IMG/VR virus record: IMGVR_UViG_3300033406_000004
Source of the DNA: an uncultured virus (IMG/VR IMGVR_UViG_3300033406_000004)
Taxonomy: Duplodnaviria > Heunggongvirae > Uroviricota > Caudoviricetes
Direction: 5' to 3' (one strand)
DNA length: 64,000 nt
A program made the position numbers and the translations under genes. The notes under the pieces were generated by a model, which searched no databases, was not told the origin of the DNA, and saw only the letters and a list, made by a program, of their open reading frames with translations. Of the stretch, positions 45,158-55,200 are shown one piece after another (the stretch's first letter is position 1; each line of letters starts with the position of its first letter).

Positions 45158-47162
45158 TCAGATAATAGAGGAAAACCGCAAAAGACTTGCAGAAATCCGC
45201 AAACCATATAATCCCGTAACCGGGGAAGGATCAATATCGATACCCAGAGTTGAAGTAAGGATCAAAGATTGTCCGATAGAAATATTATATCTTCCTGAAA
45301 CCTTTGCAGAGACAGGTTTTGTCAAAAAGCTCATTGAAGTGGGATTCAACGGGTACATCAAAATAGTACTCAAGACGGGGATAACGGAAGATTTGCGGGA
45401 CAGCTTGTGGACTGAGTTCAACAAAGAAAGGATAAAACACGACTTTGAGTTCTGGGCTTTCATGCTTGCCGTGATAGCAGCCAAAGGAGAAGGGCGTGAC
45501 GTTCCTTTTACCCTTAACAGAGCGCAACGATATTATTTAAAAGAATTAGAAGAACTAAGATTGGCCCAAGTGCCGATAGACATCATATTGTGTAAGGCCC
45601 GACAATGGGGAGGCTCAACACTCACACAGCTTTATATGCTGTGGATACAGCTATGCCACAAGAGAAACTGGAACTCCGTCATTTGCGGAGACGTTCAGAC
45701 GCAAGCCTCTGTCGTGGCCGGCATGCTTTCAAAAGTTCTTAGAAACTACAAGGATTGGGCCACGGACGGAGTTAAGCTGAAATCAAGACCATTCGAAGGT
45801 TCCCAGAGCACAAGAATAATTGATTACTCTCAATGTATTTACTCTCTGGGGTCCGCTCAAAAGCCTGAATCCCTGCGAAGTCAGGACGTTTCCATGGCTC
45901 ACTTATCAGAGGTGGGTATATGGAAAGAAACCAAAGGTAAGAAACCCGAAGATCTCGTTCAGGCCATATTCGGATCTATATTATCCGCTCCCTACACCAT
46001 GAAAGTTTTGGAATCCACGGCAAAAGGTGTGGGTAACTACTTCCATCGCACATGGCTTGATGCGGTGCAGCACAAAAACAACTTCAAGGCCGTCTTTGTG
46101 CCGTGGTTCATGATCGATATCTACTCTAAAAAACTGGATACCAAGAAATATTGCGATTTCATTGCCACAATGAACGAGTATGAGCATTGGTTATTCCGGT
46201 TGGGAGCCACGCTAGAGGCCATAAACTGGTACAGGGGAAAACAAAAAGAGATAAAGGATACCTGGCGCATGTGCTCTGAATATCCTTCAACGGCAAATGA
46301 AGCTTTCCAAAGTACGGGTAAACGTATATTTCCGATGCAATACGTGGAAAACGCCCGGCGTACATGCATCGATCCATGTTTCTACGGGGAGTTTGTGGGG
46401 AAAGCGGATAAAGGCAAAGATGCCTTTGAAAATCTACGTTTTGAACACCTGTCATCACACGAAAAGAAAGAAGATAACTGTCTATGGGTATGGGTTATGC
46501 CCGATCTGTCAACTAACTATAGGGACAGATATGTCGTGTCAGTGGATGTCGGAGGTGTTTCAGACAGCTCAGATCCATCCGTAATAAAAGTGGCGGACAG
46601 GCTTCCGATGTTGGAGGTTGAAGGATTACCTGAAGTGGTGGCCGAATGGCATGGCCACATTGAACACGATTTGTTGATCTGGAAAGCGGCTCAGATAGCT
46701 CGAGCTTACGGGAACGCCCTACTCGTGATTGAAAGTAACACGCTGGAAACGGACGGCACGGAAGGAGATAATTCCGAATATATATTAGAAGAGATCAGAG
46801 GGTTCTATGATAATCTATATTCGCGAACATCTCCGGAGCAAATAAAAAAAGGAATGCCCACCAAATACGGATTCCACACAAATACGAAAACGAAGCCGGC
46901 GGTTATCGGATTCCTGAAATCTGCCATGCGGGATTGTTTATACATAGAGAGAAGTCGCCGGACCACGTTCGAGTTTGACCTTTACGAGCTCAAGGAAAAC
47001 GGTACGGAGATGGGAGCCGTGGAAGGCAATCATGATGACCTTGTCATGGCTACAGCGATAATGATATACGTATGTTATAAATGGGCTCTGCCGACTTTGA
47101 TAAAAGCCATGACGGAGAAAGAAAAAAGACGAACCAGAATAGTGAGTGAAGCATCTATGTAA
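45144..47162 (+). CDS. terL: Terminase large subunit
   Basis: KARQWGGST Walker A, AHLSEVG Walker B, ESTAKG, VDVGG, IESN, HDDLVMA. Confidence 0.92.
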   Translation: MLNTNQIIEENRKRLAEIRKPYNPVTGEGSISIPRVEVRIKDCPIEILYLPETFAETGFVKKLIEVGFNGYIKIVLKTGITEDLRDSLWTEFNKERIKHDFEFWAFMLAVIAAKGEGRDVPFTLNRAQRYYLKELEELRLAQVPIDIILCKARQWGGSTLTQLYMLWIQLCHKRNWNSVICGDVQTQASVVAGMLSKVLRNYKDWATDGVKLKSRPFEGSQSTRIIDYSQCIYSLGSAQKPESLRSQDVSMAHLSEVGIWKETKGKKPEDLVQAIFGSILSAPYTMKVLESTAKGVGNYFHRTWLDAVQHKNNFKAVFVPWFMIDIYSKKLDTKKYCDFIATMNEYEHWLFRLGATLEAINWYRGKQKEIKDTWRMCSEYPSTANEAFQSTGKRIFPMQYVENARRTCIDPCFYGEFVGKADKGKDAFENLRFEHLSSHEKKEDNCLWVWVMPDLSTNYRDRYVVSVDVGGVSDSSDPSVIKVADRLPMLEVEGLPEVVAEWHGHIEHDLLIWKAAQIARAYGNALLVIESNTLETDGTEGDNSEYILEEIRGFYDNLYSRTSPEQIKKGMPTKYGFHTNTKTKPAVIGFLKSAMRDCLYIERSRRTTFEFDLYELKENGTEMGAVEGNHDDLVMATAIMIYVCYKWALPTLIKAMTEKEKRRTRIVSEASM

Positions 47163-47189
47163 AAGAAAAGGGGATTAACCCCCTTTCTT
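47161..47189. terminator. Bidirectional terminator
   Basis: AAAAGGGG-attaac-CCCCTTT between convergent terL and portal genes. Confidence 0.7.
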
Positions 47190-49194
47190 ATGCCGCTTTT
47201 TTAACCACACCATCATTCTTTCCTGCCATAGAATCATCATTCATAAGCTGAGATAAATGCTGATTGCCTGACTGCTGTTCCACTTGTTGCATCAATGCCG
47301 GATCAATCCCCTGAAATGCCAATTGCTGCTGTTGGGCCTGAGCTTCCTGTGCGGCCTGCTCATCTCTTTTTATTGATTCTAGAATCTTGCCTGAAAAGGC
47401 ATAAGATGAATTCTCGAGCAATGTTTTTACCCCTATGGCATTAGACTCGAACAGCTTCATCAGGAATTCATTCTCCAACATCTGGAAAGACGGGGTATTG
47501 GGACCGTCTATGATCTGCAGGTCTATGATCGCATTTTGGACCTTATCCGGATCGTAATACTTAGATTCGTTAGAGTAATCCCTGCCGGCGATATCAAGAT
47601 ATCTGGCAGACTTATAATACTGCTGAATGGTTTGCACCAGTTTATAATCCCTCCTTCTCCTGAATGCCCGAAACGAATCAAGCAATCCCTTTAAGTTCAG
47701 GGATGAATTCTGTACTTGTTGCGCATACAGGCTGGCTGCCGTGCCCGAAGGAGCCTGCTTGCCCTGCATGGCACCGTTAACGCCTGCTATATCATTGATA
47801 AGCTTCAATTGGAGGTTAAGCAATTCATAATCACCGGCCGTATTAGCGGATGAATTACATTGCTGAACCACATCCTGAACACGCTTGCCGTCTTTGGGCT
47901 TAACAAATATGACTCCGTTATACCTGACATATTCATCCACTATTTCCTCCCGATTCATGCTTTCAAACGCACTCTCATCAACGATAATGACACCTTTTGA
48001 GGATGCTCCCCGAATAAAGTCGATTAAGGTCATTGTGCGATTGATAGCTCTTTGTTGATCTATAAAATCTTCCACGAAGTTGAAAACCCTTCCCTGAACC
48101 ATCGGATACGCATGAAAAACATAATTATGCTCTTCATGCCAATAGGGACTTCTGCCTTCCTGCAGCACGTCGCCCCATGGTGTCATGTAACGGTAATACC
48201 AATAAAGCTCATTGGAATATTTGTACTCTATAAGAAGCACGTCTTCGGGAAGAACACCATTAGCCTGAGCCTCGGCCAGTCTCCTATCGTTCTCAAGATC
48301 AAGAGCACGCTTATTCTTGAGATCTTCAAAAAACCATTTTCCATTCAAAAGATCATGGCAATAATATGCTTCTCTGGTTTCCTGCTTCCACCCGAAAATA
48401 ACCCGTCGGAGATCCGGACGTGACGGACTGTAGAAAGTCATGTTCTTATTTTCTTCTCCCTGCAGCCCGTCATAGGAAGCATATAAAGACGTGTATCTTT
48501 CATTGCCGTATATCTCTTCTATCCATGCCTTATCTTCCGGAGATTTGGCGAAAAGAGAAACAATGTTGTCGATATGCATGTCGTACACTTCGCCAATAAC
48601 ATTCAAATCCCAACCTCTGACATCCTCTATGTTCGTATTAAAAAACATTCTGGCCGGATTAACGCCGAACACCCAAGCATCGTTGGTTCGTTTGGACGGA
48701 TTGAAACCGTACTCTATTCTTTGCCCGATAAAGCCCCCTAAAAGCAATAGGCGCAAGCTGTCAGCATCAAGCTCGTTTAATTCGTTGAGATCATGCACAT
48801 ATTCAAGGGCCAGACTGACCATTTCTCCAAGCTTGGTCTCCTTCTGATCCCTGACGGAACAAATGGTCTGGGTAACGTTGTTCCTGAACTGTCCGTCTAT
48901 ATTTTTGATAATCGGACTAATCATGTTGTTTTTAAGAGGAATTTTACCATTCTTCTTAATAAGCTCACCTTCCGTGATGATAGCGTCCGTCTCCGGATCG
49001 CGTATATAATCACCCCATTGATCTTCATATGCATACATGAGGCTTCTGCGCATCTTTTTACGTGCTGTTTCCAGAGAAGCCCAACACGCCGCACACTCTT
49101 CGAGGAATTCATGGGCCTCCCCCCTCTCCCGGGGAACGGCCTGCTTTTCTTTGGTTTTTAAAGGCTTTACGCCTCTATTCAGAAATTTATTCAT
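47188..49194 (-). CDS. Portal protein (P22-like)
   Basis: DQW, PL.NN.I.P, D.IDQQR.INR, I.GVN..MQG..SG, Q-rich C-terminal barrel; start ATG 49194. Confidence 0.85.
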   Translation of the reverse strand: MNKFLNRGVKPLKTKEKQAVPRERGEAHEFLEECAACWASLETARKKMRRSLMYAYEDQWGDYIRDPETDAIITEGELIKKNGKIPLKNNMISPIIKNIDGQFRNNVTQTICSVRDQKETKLGEMVSLALEYVHDLNELNELDADSLRLLLLGGFIGQRIEYGFNPSKRTNDAWVFGVNPARMFFNTNIEDVRGWDLNVIGEVYDMHIDNIVSLFAKSPEDKAWIEEIYGNERYTSLYASYDGLQGEENKNMTFYSPSRPDLRRVIFGWKQETREAYYCHDLLNGKWFFEDLKNKRALDLENDRRLAEAQANGVLPEDVLLIEYKYSNELYWYYRYMTPWGDVLQEGRSPYWHEEHNYVFHAYPMVQGRVFNFVEDFIDQQRAINRTMTLIDFIRGASSKGVIIVDESAFESMNREEIVDEYVRYNGVIFVKPKDGKRVQDVVQQCNSSANTAGDYELLNLQLKLINDIAGVNGAMQGKQAPSGTAASLYAQQVQNSSLNLKGLLDSFRAFRRRRDYKLVQTIQQYYKSARYLDIAGRDYSNESKYYDPDKVQNAIIDLQIIDGPNTPSFQMLENEFLMKLFESNAIGVKTLLENSSYAFSGKILESIKRDEQAAQEAQAQQQQLAFQGIDPALMQQVEQQSGNQHLSQLMNDDSMAGKNDGVVKKAA

Positions 49195-49209
49195 AGTTGC
49201 TCTTTTAAA

Positions 49210-49249
49210 CAAAAGTATCAGTTAATGTTTCTACGTGCTTTGTTGAATT
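49210..49249 (-). promoter_or_regulatory. Putative late promoter of the portal gene
   Basis: Minus strand AATTCAACAAAG-N20-TACTTTTG. Confidence 0.5.
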
Positions 49250-49250
49250 G

Positions 49251-52200
49251 CTATTTTTTATCCATTTGGTCAAGCTCGTCCAACATTTTAAATTTCATGT
49301 CGGCTATTTCGTTTTTGATCTTATCCGAAGAGCCTTCATCGGCCAATTGTAAAAGAGAAGCGATATCATCGATTTGATTTTTGTAGGCCTTGACAATCAT
49401 CATACGACGCTCTTCTTCATCGCTTTTCTTTTCGATATAGCTATCGCCCAAATCGAACCCCTGCCTAAGTCCCCGTTTGTATTCCCGGTCCCGGCTCTGG
49501 CTTTCTTCGAGCAACTTCACATATTTCTGATACCTTTCATTTACGACGGAATTTGGCATGGCCGGATCGAATTGATAGCCAAACCTGTTAACCACAGGAA
49601 TATCTTTCAGCGCCACATCTTCACCAACCAATGGGCCGACAGTAGATTTTACCGTCTGCAGGATTGTTTTTCCTACGCCTCCCATATAAGAAAAGAACAA
49701 GTGTTCCACAGCCCCCGGATTGAGTAACGGAGAATCGGCCCATCCCTTTGTCGCAAAATCCCCACCTGTCATAGAATTGAGTGCCTGAGAAGACTTAACC
49801 AGCATTTGAGAAGTTCCTTTATAAACCTTCCTGTACTCAGGTATGTACGTATTATACTCGTTTTTCTTCACGATAGGTCTACCGGTAAATGATCTGTTAG
49901 TGATATAAGCGTCCACAAATGGTTTTATCGCATCGGGAGTCAGATTCACAAAAGCGGCTCCAACCAAACCATTTTCACCTTTATCAGAACCCTCGATAAA
50001 ATTTCGGGGACTGGCATCGAGTAGCTTGCCCAGAACATCGGCACCCACATTCCTGTCATTGTATTTTCCTCCGACGAATTGAGACAAGATATCTCCAACC
50101 CCGAAGAATGCGCGAAGTTCAATAGGAAGTGGAATTGTCACAAAGTTGTCTTCTCCGAAAAACGGGATAACAATATTGTTCTGCCTTATGTAATCAGGCA
50201 ACTTATCGTAATCATCATCTCCACCCGAGAGTATGTTATACATCAATGGCATCATGGCCCCCAACATCATCCAAGAACCCATGGCGATAGATGTACGAAC
50301 AGGATAGTTCTTGAATGTATGAGAGAAGTTATACATGCCCTGTATGCCGGCATTCAAAAAGAAGTAGGACATATCAGCCAGCCAGTTGCCTCCGGCTCCG
50401 GATCCTTTTCTATTGAAGTTAACGGATAGCTCTTTTGCGTCCTTAACACTTCGAACGATGCTCCTTCCCTCTTCCCTGGAGGCTATGTATGCGGAGAATC
50501 TGGACATATCTTCCGCCCAGCGGTTACATCCGCTCAAACCTTTAGCGATGACATGGAATGCATCAGACATTTTCCCGGTCCCGTTGGCCTTATCGATCTC
50601 TCTCTTAATCTCTTTTTTATATTGCTCATAAGATGTCAATGCGACAAATCCTGTTTCTCCACCGTTAGAAAGAAATTCATCAAAGTATTTATCGTACTTG
50701 CCATCTCCCTCTTTTCCTGTAAGATATCGGGTTATAGTAGACGAAGCTTCAGGTATAGCCTTTATAAAAGCAAAATTATAAGAAGCATCCTCTCGAATGC
50801 CATTCATGGTCATGGCGTAAATCATATCCCTGCTTAGGTTGGAAAGAACGAAAGCCGGGTTACGGGTGGTGAAGTTTTGCGTCATGAATCGTTTAATATC
50901 ACCCTGTGTCTTGACAAGCTTGTTATCAAAAGGCTTCACGTTATTAAGTCCATTCACAGCCTGAGCCACGCGGGGATCACCATTTATGTAGATCACTAAA
51001 TCCTTCCCGTTCTCTTTGACTTTTATCGCATGCTGATCAGCTTGCCACTTTTTAATTGGAACATCAAGAGATAGACCTTTGGTGACTTTCTTCGCCAGAC
51101 CACTTTTCTCCAGTTCCTCCATTTGCTGATTAAATCTTTCCAGCGTATCCAAATCCTCTTCTCTGTTACCCGTAAGTTCCGGGACAACTTCCTGCCATAC
51201 GTCTCCGTTATTCCTGTACCACACCGGAGCAATCGTAGCCATATTGGTAGGATAGTTCCTGACCAGAGAAAGAAGATGCTGTTTCATCTCGTTTTTATTT
51301 CCGATAAATACGGCACTCTCGGCCATTGAGGCTATACTTGCCAACGGATCACCCGATTCACTCTTACGGCCATTTGCTTTCATAAGCGGGTTATTGACCA
51401 CATCGTTTTCATCCTTGAAAAAATAGTCATAGAAGTCACCGGCGGTCTCTTCGCTCCATGCTCTCAGGGGAATATAGTATTTATACATTTCAGATATCTG
51501 CTTCTTGGTAGCTTTATCTATGCATCCTGAACTCAATTGTTTGTTAAGGCTAAACGTGTTTGCCCTACGGACTGAATTCCACAAAGATTCCACATCTTTA
51601 CTGTCGTGATCCTCTTCAAATTCTTCAATGAATAGGACGATCTCGTCTTCAAGAAGAGGATCGGTTTCCTCCTGTTTGAATAATCTATGTTGAAGGCCGG
51701 TCAATCCGGCATAATCAACGCTTTGTTGTTTAATGGCGTAGTTGGACAGGTTTTTTATGGCTGCTTTCTTTGCTGTTTCGACAGTCTGATCAATTTTCTT
51801 CTGAAATTTATCAATATCAGCTTGGGTGGTACCTTTCTTCGATCTCAAAGACATCAGATCTTGTTGCAGTCCGTTCGCTATGCCAAGAACATGCTCATCC
51901 ATCTGCTTTTGTTTGCGCTCGATAGCGGCATTACGCATGTGCAGGTTTCTCTCTATACCATGTTTTGCCTTCATGTAAGACTTGACCAATTCCGCATCAC
52001 CCAGCTTTACGACGGCATTCACCAGAGGTTTAAGATAATCGTTCTTAAATTGTTCGATCTCATAAGTAGAGCGGGAAGCAATGGTGTTCTCGTTCGTGTA
52101 AGCATCGCAAAACTCTTCTATCTTTCTGCCCGTATGTCCGGATACCAATTCCTGAAACCGGCGAAGAGGTAACATCCTGTCTTGCCATCCTTCCCTAAAC

Positions 52201-55200
52201 CTGTCATTCCTCAGTTTTGCGGAAAAATCCTTTTTCTCTTCATCCGTGAGCTCCACGGCTTCTTCGGCAATCTTTATCTGGTCCCCTATATTCTCCTTTG
52301 ATAATGTGTTTGAATCAATTACGGGAGGTTTCTTCTCTTCATCGGGTATTTCCCTGAATAGTTTATCCCGTATATCCAGATCGCGCATCTTTTTGTCTAT
52401 GCGCTCTTCGATGGTACCGTTTTCCAAATTATTCCTGCTTCTCCAAAGAAGATACTTAATGTCATTGTCTGACATTTCAAGTTCTATGCCCGCCTTACGG
52501 AAGAGTTCTTTTATTGCGCTGATTACTTTGTTCCAGATGGAAGGATCAGTTCCCGATTCGGCTTGTTCAGCCAGATATTCTTCGGTAGCGGTTGCGATAT
52601 CATAATTGTATTTACTGATCGCCTGTTCAGAGACATGCTTTTTGATATCATCCGGAAGAGATTTAAATATATCATCTATGGTATCATCGAACTTATCACC
52701 AAATAATCCCCTTAATCCCTTATGGCCTGCTATCTCATGCAACATCGTACGCTGCGCATCAGCAACGCTCGTAGCATTGGGGAGTACGATAACGATCTCA
52801 CCTGTTTTGGGATCAAACCAGCCTTTAGAAGTCTTTTTGCGAAGTTGCAGGGACGCATTGTCATCTGTTATCTCATTCATATCCTTTATGAGCCGAACAG
52901 GGGTATTCAATTTATCAGATAGCTCCGATACGGATTTGGAAATGGCCTCCTGCTCTTTACTTTCCGGTTTGGAAGTGAGGTCCCTTAAAAGATCATTCAG
53001 CGAATCCGCACTCCTATGGTAAAGAGCCTTGTAGTCTTGATTGCTGACGCCTCCATTTTTATCAAGTTTCTTGTAATATTCCGTTTGATCGTTAAGCCTG
53101 TCTATGAACCCTTGGATATATTCCTTTGCGGCATCGGTTGCGTCTTCTTTCAGAGCGTTAAGTGTGTTTATGAGGGTAGAAGCCTCTAGCTCGAAATCTG
53201 TAACAAAGGAATTTGGAGTATATTCACTCTTACCGCTTTCTTGAGAATATTTAAAATCCGGCTTTCTTCCATTTATATTTCTACCAAATGAGGCCGATAA
53301 ACGGTAAACCCGATTAGCCACATTATCCATGGTTGTTTCAGAGCCACGATAACGAATGTCCGTATTATCATTGAGGTTTGAGTCTTTGCCATTAGGAGCT
53401 TTCATAAACGAGCCGTCGGCTACAGCTTTATCCTTTATTTCTTCAAGTTCATCGGTTTCACGGAATAAAGGAGCATTAGAATTACTTTCTTGATCGGTTG
53501 TAATAGCTGCGGCCTCAATCTTTCTATAATCCGCAAATGGCTTTTCTTTTTTAGTGTCAGTAGACAACCATTTGTCAAACACATCTTTTGAAACACCGGT
53601 AATATTTCCTAGGCCGGTCCACCCTTTTTCATAGTTCGCGAGGTAGGCATCACGGGCCTCTTGCTCGGAATTGAAACCATACATTACCTTATGTTCATCA
53701 AAGGAACCATCAGGATTAACCTGATCCACAACATAAACTGTTTCAGGATTAAGATTCTCGCCTAAGAACACGTCTATATGATCACCGTCTTTCCCTTTTG
53801 TACCACGAAAATAGCCATAGCTATTATTCATTTTAATACTCCAAGGGGTACCTGAATTGTCAATGCCTTTGCGCTCGCTTCCCTTAGGATTTTCAATAGT
53901 CACGTCGTATCCTCCGATTTTCACGTGTCCCATCTTATAGTTCCCTGCTTCTTTCTGGGCTTCGGAAGGATTGGCATCTACCTTCTGTTCTTCGTCGGAT
54001 AGTTCTTTAGCTTTTACTATACGAGAAGCATAATCGAGTATCGACTCATCTGTCTTTATTTCAGGAGCGACAAAATTCGGTTTTTCCGATTTATCTTCAT
54101 TACTTTCCTGAGGAAGAGGAGAAACTATTTCATCTTCTCGATTTTCGCTTTCTGCTTCTCTATCAGACTCTTCAGAGCCATCTGTTCTATTTCGTTCTTG
54201 CTCTCCTTCAAGTCTTTCTCCATCTTTCGAAGCGTCATTATCTCCGCTATCTTCACCTTGTCCATCTTCTTCTTTATTTAATTGTGAATAAATCTCATTA
54301 ATTTCATCTATGCTCATGCCTTCATAAAGCATCTCAGCATACTCGGCAGCTTCAAATTCGTCTCTCATGGATGACAAGGCCTGCATTTGCTCATCATCCA
54401 AGAAATCTATGTAAGATTGAGTCTGTCGCTCGTAGGCAGGTATCATGTCGCTTTCTACAGCATCAGAGAAAGCTTTCTTCTGAGCTTCAGTCTCAATCAT
54501 ATGATTGGCTTTCTTATACTCAAGATACAACTTACCTGTATTGGATTCAGGACCACCTACAGAGAAACCCATTTCGGCAGAAGCAATCTCGCTAAACCTA
54601 CCCGATAATTTCTTCTGTAAGTCAGAAGTTGTACGCACATAATTAGTCGGATTACTAAGCATGAAGTCAACAATTTCATTCTCTGTCACTTCATTGCCGA
54701 AGCCGCTTAATTCCTGTGCTAAGGTATCAAGTTCTTCACCGTCTTTTCTCAACCACGCCTTAGCAAAGGTACCATTTATTTTATTTCGGTCTCCAAAACG
54801 ATTGAATGAATTAGTATTCATTTTTCTTCCTAATAGCTCACGTTGCCATGGAAGAAGGATGTTTTCGTGACTGGATTGTTCCTTAGCCACGCCATAAGCT
54901 CCGGCCAGCTCAATCGGATCATCCGAATTGTCGGCAGCCCAATCGGCGTATTCCTCATCGGTGGCTATATCATGAGGAGCCTCATTCTCTTTTTGTGGAG
55001 ACAACAAACTTTTGATGCTTTCCAATCTGGACAGCTCTTGGTTGATACGTTTCTTTGTACGTGCCTTCTCTATGGCATTACCCTTTTTCTCCGCATGGGA
55101 AAGTTGCTTTTGTTGGTTGGCAATGTCTTCTTCCACAATAGAGAGAGCATCTTCTCCGAATTCCTTCTTAAGTGCTTTAGCGTACACGGCAGGATCGCTT

